This document shows positions 62,673 to 64,000 of a stretch of 64,000 bases of DNA, one piece after another. The notes beneath the pieces were generated by a model. That model was not told where the DNA came from. It worked only from the letters and a program-made list of their open reading frames with translations, and did no database searches. Both the position numbers and the translations under genes were made by a program. Source of the stretch: Ionaspis alba (lineage: Eukaryota); NCBI GenBank assembly GCA_964255285.1, contig CAXUUL010000001.1, forward strand, positions 1 to 64,000, in the 5' to 3' direction. The stretch's first letter is position 1, and each line of letters starts with the position of its first letter.

Positions 62673-63947
62673 ATGACGGCCTCTCGAGTACTTGGCCTAA
62701 AGAGGCTGGCATCGGGGATCCACCCTCCTCTCACACTCACGTCAAGAGACTCCAAAAAGCTTTTATCGCTGCTAAATGACTCCTTCCGCCAGCATCTCGA
62801 TCGGGAACATCCGAGTGGCGTGACTGCGGAAGCTTCATATACAGATCATCACTTTCGGTCAATCCTCGCAAGTCCGTTGTTCAACACGCCACAGAAGAAG
62901 AAATCCTCCAATGAAGCGACAAGGAATCACAAGAACGGGCACGCATTAGTCCATGCCATGGAAGGGGTCCAAGGGCTCACTCAGGCACCTTCACCACTGG
63001 AAGCATTCGTCGAGCATGTGGCGGCGGGTACAGCTACAATCTCTATTGCCAAATCATGCCTTGTTGCTCAGCAGAGGAAGATATCCGCTTTACCGAACGA
63101 TCAACAACGACAAGAATATAGAACCTCTCAATGTGGAGCGAAAATGCTGAGTTGGCTATGGTCGAGCGGCATGGAGAGTACTTTGGAATTCTGCACAGAT
63201 CCAAGATTTATCGACTTGCTCATGCCACTTCTTGTGGTTGAGGGGCGGGAGGCCGTGGTCTACGGGTGGCTCCGATTGTTAAGGCTGAAGATCGGGGACC
63301 GACCATTAAGGGATGCTGGTAATCCTCGTCAGTTTGACACTGATCACCATCTTTTGAAGTCTCTTATCCTGTCAAAGATTGGATGGGGAGGGGGCCTTGA
63401 GACAGCGATGGAAGCTTTCATAACTGTCGTCGCAGACAATTCAGACAGGAGCCAACCACTTCTCAACTATTCTCGCCGAGTTTTTGGACCTGCAGGAAGA
63501 AAGATCATTGCCCAAATAACACAGAACAAAGCACCATCAGTATTGAGCATCTCTTGTTTCACTAAATTCGTTGACACAATCCCATATTGGAGTCCCATTG
63601 AATCTTACTACAAAGCCCTATTGTTATTACACGATCCTTCTGGCCCAGATGCTTCTTCTGCGGTACAATATATCCGGCACGTTGAGCCGGAACAGCTGAA
63701 GATTATGAACACATCAACGAGGAATCGAATGGTATTACTTTGTATTGATGCAGCTCAAGTACTTTTCTCTGAAAAGAACGAGATTGACGCTATGTTTGTA
63801 ATGTCATTCCTTCAAAATCATTTCGCGGACGAGATATATGCTCAGCATCCAGACGCGAGAAGATGGGGCCGAATGTCTCCCAGAGCTGCAGCACAAGTGG
63901 AAGACGAGTCGTTCATGCGTCAATTAGACAACTTGGCAATTGGGTGA
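62673..63947 (+). CDS. Uncharacterised, probably mitochondrial, helical protein
   Basis: 424-aa uninterrupted ORF; basic presequence-like start; IHPPLTLTSRDSKKLLSLLNDSFRQHLDREHP and DHHFRSILASPLF resemble a conserved Pezizomycotina hypothetical family (from memory). Confidence 0.75.
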   Translation: MTASRVLGLKRLASGIHPPLTLTSRDSKKLLSLLNDSFRQHLDREHPSGVTAEASYTDHHFRSILASPLFNTPQKKKSSNEATRNHKNGHALVHAMEGVQGLTQAPSPLEAFVEHVAAGTATISIAKSCLVAQQRKISALPNDQQRQEYRTSQCGAKMLSWLWSSGMESTLEFCTDPRFIDLLMPLLVVEGREAVVYGWLRLLRLKIGDRPLRDAGNPRQFDTDHHLLKSLILSKIGWGGGLETAMEAFITVVADNSDRSQPLLNYSRRVFGPAGRKIIAQITQNKAPSVLSISCFTKFVDTIPYWSPIESYYKALLLLHDPSGPDASSAVQYIRHVEPEQLKIMNTSTRNRMVLLCIDAAQVLFSEKNEIDAMFVMSFLQNHFADEIYAQHPDARRWGRMSPRAAAQVEDESFMRQLDNLAIG

Positions 63948-64000
63948 CAGCGCTGCTCTTCCGTGGCGGCAATCTCGAGTATTTGACCATCAACGTGTCA

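Overview
Gene-dense, intron-containing eukaryotic DNA from a filamentous ascomycete (Pezizomycotina): short GT-AG introns with CTRAY branch points and typical fungal housekeeping genes. About 24 protein-coding loci can be modelled by eye: GDS1-like (partial), OMS1-like methyltransferase, SR splicing factor, NOT1, an unknown acidic protein, seipin, a small membrane protein, an HMT1-like half ABC transporter, a GRE2-like reductase, HOF1/Cdc15 F-BAR-SH3, a SurE-TTL (PBY1-like) fusion, a conserved unknown protein, an alpha/beta hydrolase, a Gfo/Idh/MocA oxidoreductase, REX2, PGM, a CSC1/OSCA channel, FBA1, mitochondrial bL9, a UBP16-like DUB, a DUF2945/AT-hook protein, DEF1 and an unknown protein, plus one decayed SDR pseudogene. 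I saw no tRNA/rRNA, CRISPR array, intact transposon or secondary-metabolite cluster. The most notable signals concern RNA processing: a GG-AG intron needed to keep the ABC transporter in frame, a PAM2-like motif on that transporter's tail, a splice/stop switch between SurE-only and SurE-TTL products, an in-frame exitron candidate in DEF1, and long structured introns plus a 6-nt microexon in the SR gene. All exon boundaries and family calls were made by eye from remembered motifs, without searches.
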